Notes: generated by a model from the letters alone, not told the origin. Numbered from the stretch's first letter, positions 1-7,146 are shown. The stretch is DNA of 19,885 nucleotides from a bacterium (GCA_050239825.1 JBFXGO010000039.1:1-19885); one strand, 5' to 3'. Numbers and translations: made by a program.

Positions 1-16
1 AACTCCCTTATGAATA

Positions 17-202
17 CTAATACCTTTTTACACAACTTCCTTGACAAGTCTCTGCTATCTCGTGATTATATACACCTTCCGATGACATCTTTATTATCCG
101 CGTTCTCAACACCAATCTCATCGGCACTCGCTTGCCACGTACATATCTCTCTATCTGCTCTCGCTCCGCTTCTGTTAAAACTATTCGCTCTGATATGTTC
201 AT
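17..202 (-). pseudogene. Truncated IS630-family transposase N-terminal HTH fragment
   Basis: IVLTEAEREQIERYVRGKRVPMRLVLRTRIIKMSSEGVYNHEIA matches the LTxxERxxL...RxxxRxRII...GxxNxEIA pattern of IS630 N-termini; it stops after 61 aa with no DDE domain. Confidence 0.7.
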
Positions 203-262
203 ACTTCATATTATATCATACCCTTTGTTAAATGTCGAGAGATTTATGCGACACCACAATAG
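17..262 (-). mobile_element. IS630-family insertion sequence remnant (left end plus truncated transposase N-terminus)
   Basis: Truncated HTH-like ORF at 17-202. The upstream sequence on minus begins CTATTGTGGTGTCGCATAAATCTCTCGACATTTAAC (262-227), resembling IS630-type termini ending at a TA. Confidence 0.6.
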
Positions 263-290
263 TATATTGCCTTTCATCATTCATTTTTCC

Positions 291-319
291 TTGAAAATAA
301 GGTCACAATATGATAAAAT
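291..319 (+). promoter_or_regulatory. sigma70-type promoter of the aminotransferase gene
   Basis: TTGAAA (291-296), 17 bp spacer, extended TG-n-TAAAAT (311-319); SD AAGGAG at 336-341 before ATG 348. Confidence 0.7.
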
Positions 320-347
320 TATTAAAATTTTACATAAGGAGTATTTA

Positions 348-1559
348 ATGATACATTACGATTCAGATTTTTCAAAAAATATAAAGGCAATGAAGCGCTC
401 CGTTATCAGGGAACTATTAAAAGTCACCCAATCACCGGAGATAATCTCATTTGCCGGCGGCCTTCCCTCCCCCGAGTCGTTTCCCATTGAAGCGATAAAG
501 GAAATAACTTCGGAAGTTCTTGATAAGAACGGCACAAAGGCATTGCAGTATGGTGCTACAGAGGGATTTCCTCCTCTTGTCGATGAACTCATTAAGCTTA
601 TGGCTCTTGACAATGTCAAAATCGGAAGAGAAAACATTGCAATCACTATAGCCTCTCAGCAGGGACTTGACCTTGTCGGAAAGATATTCTTCAATCCGGG
701 AGACATCGGAATAGTAGAGAGCCCGACCTATGTGGGTGCTTTGAGCGCATTCAACTCGTATAGGGCAAAACTTATAGATGTTGAAATAGACAATGACGGA
801 ATGAAGATGGATGTTTTGAAAAAGATACTTGCAGACCTGAAAAAGAAGGGAAAGAAGCCTAAATTCATCTATGTTATTCCTGATTTCCATAATCCCGCAG
901 GCGTAACCCTCTCTTTTGAAAGAAGAAAACAGCTTATAGAGATAGCCAAGAAAGAAAAGATAATGATTATTGAGGACAGTCCTTACAGAATGATCAGATT
1001 CCGCGGCAAGAGCATACCGTCTCTCTATTCAATGGATAAAGACGGACTCGTGGTATCTCTCTTCACTTTCAGCAAAATATTTGTACCCGGTTTCAGACTC
1101 GGCTGGGCAATTGGTCCGAAAGAGATAATTGACAAGATGATAATAGCAAAACAGGCGACCGACCTCAGCACTCCGGAGATAACACAGCACATTGCTGCGG
1201 CATTCCTTAAAAAGGGATTGCTTCTTCCCACTGTGAAGAAGACTGTATCCATTTATGAAAAGAAAAACAAACTAATGCTGGAGATGCTTGACAAATACAT
1301 GCCCAAGAAAAAGGGCGTGAGGTGGACAAAGCCGGATGGAGGTTTATTCCTTTGGGTTACTCTTCCTGAAAAGTATGACTGCGATAAGATATTCCTTAAG
1401 GCGATTGATAAAAAAGTTGCTTATGTGGTAGGTTCTGCGTTTTATGTTGGAGGCAAAAAGAAAAATTCATTCAGAATGAATTTTTCATACCCTTCAATGG
1501 ATCAGATACGAGAGGGCGTAAAGAGACTCGCCGAAGTCATAGACAATGAGATAAAATAG
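348..1559 (+). CDS. PLP-dependent class I/II aminotransferase (LysN/2-aminoadipate transaminase-like, 403 aa)
   Basis: Motifs IISFAGGLP, ALQYG, PDFHNPAG, IIEDSPY, FSKIFVPGFRLGW (PLP lysine) and PDGGLFLWV. Start moved from 132 to ATG 348 because of the SD and promoter. Confidence 0.92.
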   Translation: MIHYDSDFSKNIKAMKRSVIRELLKVTQSPEIISFAGGLPSPESFPIEAIKEITSEVLDKNGTKALQYGATEGFPPLVDELIKLMALDNVKIGRENIAITIASQQGLDLVGKIFFNPGDIGIVESPTYVGALSAFNSYRAKLIDVEIDNDGMKMDVLKKILADLKKKGKKPKFIYVIPDFHNPAGVTLSFERRKQLIEIAKKEKIMIIEDSPYRMIRFRGKSIPSLYSMDKDGLVVSLFTFSKIFVPGFRLGWAIGPKEIIDKMIIAKQATDLSTPEITQHIAAAFLKKGLLLPTVKKTVSIYEKKNKLMLEMLDKYMPKKKGVRWTKPDGGLFLWVTLPEKYDCDKIFLKAIDKKVAYVVGSAFYVGGKKKNSFRMNFSYPSMDQIREGVKRLAEVIDNEIK

Positions 1560-1576
1560 AATTTATATTTTATAGC

Positions 1577-1606
1577 AAAAAAAAGGGCGCAATCAGCGCC
1601 CTTTTT
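1577..1606. terminator. Bidirectional intrinsic terminator
   Basis: AAAAAAAAGGGCGC-AATCA-GCGCCCTTTTT: GC stem with T5 on + and T8 on -, located 17 bp after the aminotransferase stop. Confidence 0.88.
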
Positions 1607-1820
1607 ATTGTACATTCTCTCCTTTCTGTTTTATTCCTCTTATTTTAGGCTTTCTTGACATAAAAATCTATTCCCCCGTGGTTGACTTTTATTTTGCCAA
1701 TAACCAGTAGCCACTAAATAATCATCAATAATAAAAGATAATTCAGTTACGGGTTGCGAGTTTAAATACAATACGGAGTGCTGATTAATATTTATTCTTT
1801 TCAATAATCTTCTAAAACTT

Positions 1821-1906
1821 CTGGTACAACCCGTTTTTTCTATCATGTGCGTTAGCGCACATTTCACCCTCGCCAATGTGGGGACATTCCTTCGGTGTGT
1901 CCCCAC
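1821..1906. repeat. Module B copy 1 (two hairpins)
   Basis: ATGTGCG-TTAG-CGCACAT (1845-1862) and GTGGGGACA-TTCCTTCGGTG-TGTCCCCAC (1878-1906). Confidence 0.85.
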
Positions 1907-1949
1907 TGCAACAATCAATTAATTAACTTATTGAAAGTGAAAGCTCAAA

Positions 1950-2066
1950 GTCGGCGAGGACGCTCCGCGCAGACGCCCATCAAGTGGTTGTCCCCTTGCT
2001 CCGCTTTCCCATCTTGATTAAGCGGCGAAGCGAAGTGTGCGAGCCGACGCTACACCCGCGTGTAGC
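1950..2066. repeat. Module A copy 1 (117 bp long hairpin plus short hairpin)
   Basis: GTCGGC (1950-55) pairs with GCCGAC (2043-48); inner ATCAAG/CTTGAT stem; then GCTACAC-CCGC-GTGTAGC. Confidence 0.9.
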
Positions 2067-2076
2067 CCCCCAAATC

Positions 2077-2107
2077 AGCCGTGAGCCGTGAGCCATGTGC
2101 CATGAGC
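2077..2107. repeat. Heptamer tandem repeat H copy 1
   Basis: AGCCGTG AGCCGTG AGCCATG TGCCATG AGC. Confidence 0.85.
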
Positions 2108-2143
2108 ATAATACGGAGAGATGAATAAGATTTTGTCTTTACA

Positions 2144-2200
2144 GTTCCGAATGAGAAGCCTGTCCACAGCGCTCGTCTTTTCAATGCTTCTCATGAGGAC
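2144..2200. repeat. Module C copy 1 (hairpin)
   Basis: GTTCC-GA-ATGAGAAGC...GCTTCTCAT-GA-GGAC. Confidence 0.8.
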
Positions 2201-2238
2201 AATCAATTAAATAACTTATTGATACACGAAAGCTCAAA

Positions 2239-2333
2239 GTCGGCGAGGACGCTCCGCGCAGACGCCCGTCGAGGTCTGCCGAGACAAAGCCGCGAAGCGG
2301 AGTGTGTGAGCCGACGCTACACCCGCGTGTAGC
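2239..2333. repeat. Module A copy 2 (95 bp variant with different apical domain)
   Basis: Same basal stems and 3' hairpin; apex is GTC-GA-GG-TCTG-CC-GA-GAC. Confidence 0.88.
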
Positions 2334-2373
2334 CCCAGCTCAATCTTCAATAATCAATTAACGATAAACTGAT

Positions 2374-2418
2374 AGACCCTTCACGATAGTCATAACCACA
2401 GAGGCGTTCAGGGTGACA
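2374..2418. repeat. Module D copy 1 (CGTC/TGTC-tag REP-like palindrome)
   Basis: Minus strand reads TGTCACCCT-GA-ACG...CGT-GA-AGGGTCT. Confidence 0.75.
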
Positions 2419-2461
2419 CGGCTGAATAAGATTTTGTCTTTACAATAATCTTCACAAAGTT

Positions 2462-2547
2462 CTGGTGCAACCCGATGTCTCTATCATGTGCGTTCGCGCA
2501 CATTACACCCCAGCCAATGTGGGGACATTCCTACGGTGTGTCCCTAC
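2462..2547. repeat. Module B copy 2
   Basis: ATGTGCG-TTCG-CGCACAT (2486-2503) and GTGGGGACA...TGTCCCTAC (2519-2547). Confidence 0.85.
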
Positions 2548-2590
2548 TGCAACATTCAATTAAATAACTTATTGAAAGTGAAAGCTACAA

Positions 2591-2707
2591 GTCGGCGAGG
2601 ACGCTCCGCGCAGACGCCCATCAAGTGGTTGTCCCCTTGCTCCGCTTTCCCATCTTGATTAAGCGGCGAAGCGAAGTGTGCGAGCCGACGCTACACCCGC
2701 GTGTAGC
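2591..2707. repeat. Module A copy 3
   Basis: 117 bp; appears identical to copy 1. Confidence 0.9.
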
Positions 2708-2740
2708 CCATAAACAATCTTCAATTAACAACAAACTGAT

Positions 2741-2785
2741 AGACCCTTCATGATAGTCATAACCACAGAGGCGTTCAGGGTGACG
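2741..2785. repeat. Module D copy 2
   Basis: Minus strand reads CGTCACCCTGAACG...CATGAAGGGTCT. Confidence 0.75.
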
Positions 2786-2828
2786 CTGTTGAGTAAGATT
2801 TTGTCTTTACAATAATCTTCACAAAGTT

Positions 2829-2914
2829 CTGGTGCAACCCGATGTCTCTATCATGTGCGTTCGCGCACATTACATCCCAGCCAATGTGGGGACATTCCTA
2901 CGGTGTGTCCCTAC
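2829..2914. repeat. Module B copy 3
   Basis: Nearly identical to copy 2. Confidence 0.85.
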
Positions 2915-2957
2915 TGCAACATTCAATTAAATAACTTATTGAAAGTGAAAGCTACAA

Positions 2958-3074
2958 GTCGGCGAGGACGCTCCGCGCAGACGCCCATCAAGTGGTTGTC
3001 CCCTTGCTCCGCTTTCCCATCTTGATTAAGCGGCGAAGCGGAGTGTGCGAGCCGACGCTACACCCGCCAGCAGC
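2958..3074. repeat. Module A copy 4
   Basis: 117 bp; 3' hairpin is degenerate (GCTACACCCGCCAGCAGC). Confidence 0.9.
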
Positions 3075-3083
3075 CCATAAACC

Positions 3084-3114
3084 AGCCTTGAGCCGTGAGC
3101 CATGTGCCTTGAGC
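3084..3114. repeat. Heptamer tandem repeat H copy 2
   Basis: AGCCTTG AGCCGTG AGCCATG TGCCTTG AGC. Confidence 0.85.
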
Positions 3115-3151
3115 TTAATGCGGGGAGTTGAGTAAATAACTTGCCTTCACA

Positions 3152-3209
3152 GTTCCGAGGAAAAATTCCAGTGCATCTCCGCACTGCTATTCAATGTTTT
3201 TCCGAGGAC
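3152..3209. repeat. Module C copy 2 (hairpin, diverged from copy 1)
   Basis: GTTCC-GA-GGAAAAA...TTTTTCC-GA-GGAC with inner CAGTGC/GCACTG hairpin. Confidence 0.8.
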
Positions 3210-3245
3210 AAGCAAGTCAATTCTTATTGAAAGTGAAAGCTTCAA

Positions 3246-3362
3246 GTCGGCGAGGACGCTCCGCGCAGACGCCCATCAAGTGGTTGTCCCCTTGCTACGC
3301 TAACCCATCTTGATTAAGCGGCGAAGCGGAGTGTGCGAGCTGACGCTACGCCCGCGTGCAGC
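3246..3362. repeat. Module A copy 5
   Basis: 117 bp; GCCGAC changed to GCTGAC (G.U on +), plus a few loop changes. Confidence 0.9.
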
Positions 3363-3402
3363 CCATAAACAATCTTCAATAATCAATTAACGATAAACTG
3401 AT

Positions 3403-3425
3403 AGACCCTTCACGATAGTCATAAC
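3403..3425. repeat. Module D copy 3 (truncated half)
   Basis: AGACCCTTCACGATAGTCATAAC, after which similarity ends abruptly. Confidence 0.7.
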
Positions 3426-3456
3426 TAAAACTAGTGATAGCTTTTTGGGATAAAGA

Positions 3457-4320
3457 TTACATCTGCTCCCACATGCGCTTAAGAAGGCCTTTGTTGTCCT
3501 TCCATCCTTTCTCAACTTTAACAAATATTTCAAGGAAGACGCTCCTTCCGAGGAACTCTTCAATCATTTTTCTTGACCTCACACCCACCTCTTTTATTGC
3601 GGAACCCTTCTCTCCTATCAGTATTCCCTTTTGGCTGTCTCTCTCAACCAGAAGCTTGACCCTGATATAATCTTTGCGGTTCTCCTTCTCCGTGAATTCA
3701 TCGACTATTATACCGGTGGAGTAGGGTACCTCGTCTCCGTAGATCTCAAATACAGCCTGTCTGACAAACTCAGCCACAAAGAATCTCTCGGGTTTTTCAG
3801 TGATTATGTCCTCCGGATAGAAGAGATTATCATGCGGAAGGTAAAGCTTTATCTTTTGAATCAATCCGTCAAGATTTCTCTTTTCCAGAGCAGATATAAG
3901 AACAACATTCTCAAATCTCTCTTTTAACGAAATCTCTATTGAGGCGGCTTCTTCAGAGCTAATCCTGTCTGTTTTATTCAGAACTGCTATCGAGTGCTGA
4001 TTCTGAGATAGGTGAAATTCAAAAATCTCCTTATAATTTTTCATATCATAAAGAAAGAGAATTATATCCGAACTCTTTATTGATTCGTTTATGTCACGGA
4101 GCATCCATTCATCAAGCATGTTCCTCGTCTTTAAAAAGCCGGGGGTGTCATAAAATATAATCTGCGAATCGTCATCCATATATATGCCCTGAATAGAAGA
4201 GCGCGTAGTCTGCGCCTTCGGACTGACAGCAGAGAGCTTGAATTGAAGCAATGCATTGAGAAGAGTGGATTTTCCTGTATTTGGCCGGCCGATTATTGAT
4301 ACATAACCTGATTTCATCAT
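3457..4320 (-). CDS. era: GTPase Era
   Basis: G1 GRPNTGKS, G2 QTTR, G3 DTPG, G4 NKTD, G5 ISA; KH motif ILIGEKGSAIKEVG. Confidence 0.97.
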   Translation of the reverse strand: MMKSGYVSIIGRPNTGKSTLLNALLQFKLSAVSPKAQTTRSSIQGIYMDDDSQIIFYDTPGFLKTRNMLDEWMLRDINESIKSSDIILFLYDMKNYKEIFEFHLSQNQHSIAVLNKTDRISSEEAASIEISLKERFENVVLISALEKRNLDGLIQKIKLYLPHDNLFYPEDIITEKPERFFVAEFVRQAVFEIYGDEVPYSTGIIVDEFTEKENRKDYIRVKLLVERDSQKGILIGEKGSAIKEVGVRSRKMIEEFLGRSVFLEIFVKVEKGWKDNKGLLKRMWEQM

Positions 4321-5522
4321 GCACCGAACTTCTTAAGTCTGCCGGTGGATGCAAGCAGAAGAGACATCAGCTGTTTGGAGTAAATCCTTCCGATTGCGCC
4401 TCTAAGACACTCTCTTTCGGAGAATGATTTTACATCAGACAATCTCGGTCTGCTGTTAACAAGAAGCAGAGGCACGGTATGGTATGAGTGAGCCATCATG
4501 ACGGATGGAGTTGAATGGTCTGCCGTAATAGCCATTGCGTCGAATTTCATCTTTTCTATTTCAGGAAGCATGGCGTCAAATTCTTCAATCACTTTGACTT
4601 TTGCTTTGTAATTTCCATCCTCTCCGTATGAGTCTGTCTTCTTCACATGAAGAAAGAAAAAATCATATTTGTCATAGTTGGCTTTTAGAGTTTCAATCTG
4701 GTCTGCAATCGTTTCTTTTGTATGGAGAATGTCCATACCTACGAGAGTGGCAAGCCCCTTGTACATGGGATATGTAGCTATACAGCAGGGATTGAGCATG
4801 TATTTCTTTTTCATAGTAGGTATTTCAGGCATCTTTGAAATGCCTCTGAACAGAGCCGCATTTGCTTTCTTCTCTGCTTTCAGAGTATCCAGTATTTGGT
4901 CTGTCGCCTTGTTGATTATTTCCGCAGTTTCAGAGGAGGATTGATTCTGGGGCTCCGCTTTGAGTATCTGCTTTCCGGTCTCTTGAGGGTCTGTGTCATT
5001 TACATCCGCGGCACCATTAACCCCGCGGATAACCATCACAAATCTATGTTCCTTTCCGGCATAAAATTCAACCTGTCTGCCGTCAATGCTCTTTATTCTG
5101 TCATTCAATATTTTTACAAGCCTCTGATTTTCATCAGAAGATATTCTGCCCGCCCTCCTGTCTGTTATTATCCTCTCACTGTCTATCGTGGCAAAATTGC
5201 ATCTTACAGTAACAGTCTCTTTGTCAACCTTCAGATTAAGTCCGAGAGCTTCAAGAATTCCTCTTCCTATTATGTAATCTGTCGGTTCATAACCGAAGAC
5301 TCCAAGATGACCCGGACCGCTTCCAGGAGTTATTCCTATGTCAACAGGCACCATCTCTCCTGTCTCATAATGAGCGGCAAGTCTGTCCATATTTGGTTTT
5401 ACTGCGCTTTCAAGTTCTGTCTTGCCGCTTTCATCTGCAAGTCCGCCAAGCCCGTCGAGCACTACAAGAAGTATCTTGCTTTCATTTGGATTTTGAAGCT
5501 CATTAAAAATATCATCTTTCAT
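4317..5522 (-). CDS. apgM: 2,3-bisphosphoglycerate-independent phosphoglycerate mutase, archaeal type (401 aa)
   Basis: VLDGLGG, TPGSGPGHLGVFGY, GRGILEALG, DRRAGRI, HVKKTDSYGEDG, TADHSTP. Start set at ATG 5522 (SD GGAGGAG; ATGA overlap with the PHP stop). Confidence 0.93.
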   Translation of the reverse strand: MKDDIFNELQNPNESKILLVVLDGLGGLADESGKTELESAVKPNMDRLAAHYETGEMVPVDIGITPGSGPGHLGVFGYEPTDYIIGRGILEALGLNLKVDKETVTVRCNFATIDSERIITDRRAGRISSDENQRLVKILNDRIKSIDGRQVEFYAGKEHRFVMVIRGVNGAADVNDTDPQETGKQILKAEPQNQSSSETAEIINKATDQILDTLKAEKKANAALFRGISKMPEIPTMKKKYMLNPCCIATYPMYKGLATLVGMDILHTKETIADQIETLKANYDKYDFFFLHVKKTDSYGEDGNYKAKVKVIEEFDAMLPEIEKMKFDAMAITADHSTPSVMMAHSYHTVPLLLVNSRPRLSDVKSFSERECLRGAIGRIYSKQLMSLLLASTGRLKKFGA

Positions 5523-6331
5523 AGACTCCTCCACTTTTCAAGAAAAATTTCAAAAACATCATTGTGAAGACCTGTCGGAGTATATATGTTATCTCCGTGA
5601 TAGTCGCTACCGCCTGTTATCAGAAGCTTTCTCGGCTTTGCAAAGTCAAGGAGAAAATCTATCTGATTCACCCTGTTTTTCGGAGTATAGACCTCTAATC
5701 CGTCGATTCCCATGGAGTAAATCTCTTCAAGGTCTCTGTACGCCTCATTTTCAAAGGGATGCGCCATAACCGCCAATCCCCTCAGAGAGTGTATCATCTC
5801 CACAGTCTCTCTGATGGTAAATTCCATCTTCGGAACATAACAGCACTTGTTGTCTCCGATGTATCTGTCAAATGCCTCTTTTAAATCCGCAATCTGTTCA
5901 TTTTTGAGCATCGCTCTTGCTATATGAGGTCTTCCCACAGATTCGGACTCTTTAGCTTCGATAAGCACATCCTCAAAATCAATTTTTATGTTATTCTCGT
6001 TAAGAAGATCCACCATTTTTTTTGCCCTCTCTATTCTGTCCTTCTTTCTAATGTCAAGAAGTTCTCCGGCCTTCTTATAGTCCTTCATGTAGCCGAGTAT
6101 ATGTATTTGACGGCCGCTGTTGAATGTTGAATACTCTACTCCCGGGATATTTGTCATACCATTCATTTCAGCCCACTCCACTGCCTCTGCAACCGATCTG
6201 ACCGAGTCATGGTCTGTCAATGAAAAGAACTTGATGCCGTTCAGTTTCAGAAGTTCGCAGAGCACAAGAGGCGCATACCTTCCGTCAGAAGCGATGGTGT
6301 GCAGATGAAGGTCGGCAATCACCGTGTTCAT
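5519..6331 (-). CDS. PHP-domain phosphoesterase (TrpH/YciV-like)
   Basis: DLHLHTIASDG, TDHD, GVE, HILGY, GRPHIA, AHP, TGGSDYHG. Confidence 0.92.
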   Translation of the reverse strand: MNTVIADLHLHTIASDGRYAPLVLCELLKLNGIKFFSLTDHDSVRSVAEAVEWAEMNGMTNIPGVEYSTFNSGRQIHILGYMKDYKKAGELLDIRKKDRIERAKKMVDLLNENNIKIDFEDVLIEAKESESVGRPHIARAMLKNEQIADLKEAFDRYIGDNKCCYVPKMEFTIRETVEMIHSLRGLAVMAHPFENEAYRDLEEIYSMGIDGLEVYTPKNRVNQIDFLLDFAKPRKLLITGGSDYHGDNIYTPTGLHNDVFEIFLEKWRSL

Positions 6332-7146
6332 TGCATACCCATATCTGATACTATCTGATTGACAATTGAATCATCTATGAATGTTTTTTTCTCTATAAAA
6401 GCTTCAAGAAGAGCATTATCGCAAAGAGTATTTATAAGCCGGGGTTTGCCTTTTGCATGCACATGTATAAGTTTTAGGGATGATTCGGTAAAGAGCGGTT
6501 CTGATCTCCCTGCAATTTTGAGTCTATGAAGCACATAGCCCTTCGTTGATTCTTCGTCAAGCGCAGGAAGAGTCAGTTTCATGCTTATCCTCTCATAGAG
6601 AGGAGGGTCAAGACGAAGATTCTCCTCAGTCTCAGGCATGCCGAATATGAGAAATGTTATCAGGTGGCCATTGTCGTTCTGTATATTGAGAAGACCCCTC
6701 AGCTCCTCCATTATCTCCCGGCTTTTCAGCATATTCGCTTCATCAATCATCACTACCGGTTTCTTGCCCTTTTCATTAAGAAGCACAAGCTGTCTGTAAA
6801 CATGGCCTATTATATCTATTTTATCGTCCGTCTCAACCTTTGCGCCGAGTTGAACCGCTATCTTCTTCAATAGCCATCCGGCTGTAATTTCAGAGTGGAT
6901 TATTACAAGGAGAGAAACTTCATACTCATTCGGTTTTGAGGAAAAGTAATCAAGAAGTCTTCTCGCTATAGTCGTCTTTCCCGTTCCTATGTCACCAATC
7001 AGCACTGCAAGCCCTCTACCCTGGTCAACAACATGCATCAGTTTTAAAAGGGCTTTTGAATGAAAGGGGGAGTTGTAATAGAATCTTTCATCAGGCGAAC
7101 TGGAGAAGGGGGCGATTTTGAAACCAAAGTAAGTATTGTAATCCAT
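6328..7146 (-). CDS. ExeA/GspA-like AAA+ ATPase (stand-alone ATPase domain)
   Basis: Y..YFGF...PFS.SPD.RFYY N-terminus, Walker A GDIGTGKTT, Walker B VMIDEAN, GMPE, GKPRLINTLCDNALL. Confidence 0.9.
   Translation of the reverse strand: MDYNTYFGFKIAPFSSSPDERFYYNSPFHSKALLKLMHVVDQGRGLAVLIGDIGTGKTTIARRLLDYFSSKPNEYEVSLLVIIHSEITAGWLLKKIAVQLGAKVETDDKIDIIGHVYRQLVLLNEKGKKPVVMIDEANMLKSREIMEELRGLLNIQNDNGHLITFLIFGMPETEENLRLDPPLYERISMKLTLPALDEESTKGYVLHRLKIAGRSEPLFTESSLKLIHVHAKGKPRLINTLCDNALLEAFIEKKTFIDDSIVNQIVSDMGMQ

Larger units (their letters stand above)
1769..3425. repeat. Mosaic array of palindromic modules (BIME/REP-like or structured RNA array)
   Basis: Order B-A-H-C-A*-D-B-A-D-B-A-H-C-A-D(truncated), with recurrent AT-rich linkers. 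No credible ORF; lies between convergent genes. Confidence 0.92.

Noticed and set aside
132..347. N-terminal extension of the aminotransferase in the ORF track
   Set aside because: It overlaps the IS remnant and the promoter; the SD supports ATG 348.
1655..1772. Dedicated + strand promoter for the array (TTGACA 1655, TTGACT 1682, TACAAT 1767)
   Set aside because: No good -35/-10 pair at 16-18 bp spacing.
1640..1918. 92-aa ORF on the minus strand
   Set aside because: No SD or recognisable domain; it overlaps repeat module B and AT-rich intergenic DNA.
2369..2418. Hammerhead ribozyme (CTGATAGA before a stem)
   Set aside because: The core is not CUGANGA and no GAAA follows the stem.
1769..3425. 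CRISPR array (ATTGAAAG at 1930, 2571, 2938 and 3226 resembles CRISPR repeat 3' ends)
   Set aside because: The period is about 290-370 bp, the intervening sequences are themselves repeats rather than unique spacers, and no cas genes are present.
1769..3425. tRNA, rRNA, tmRNA, SRP, RNase P or known riboswitch
   Set aside because: No recognisable consensus motifs found by eye; an Rfam search is still needed for formal exclusion.
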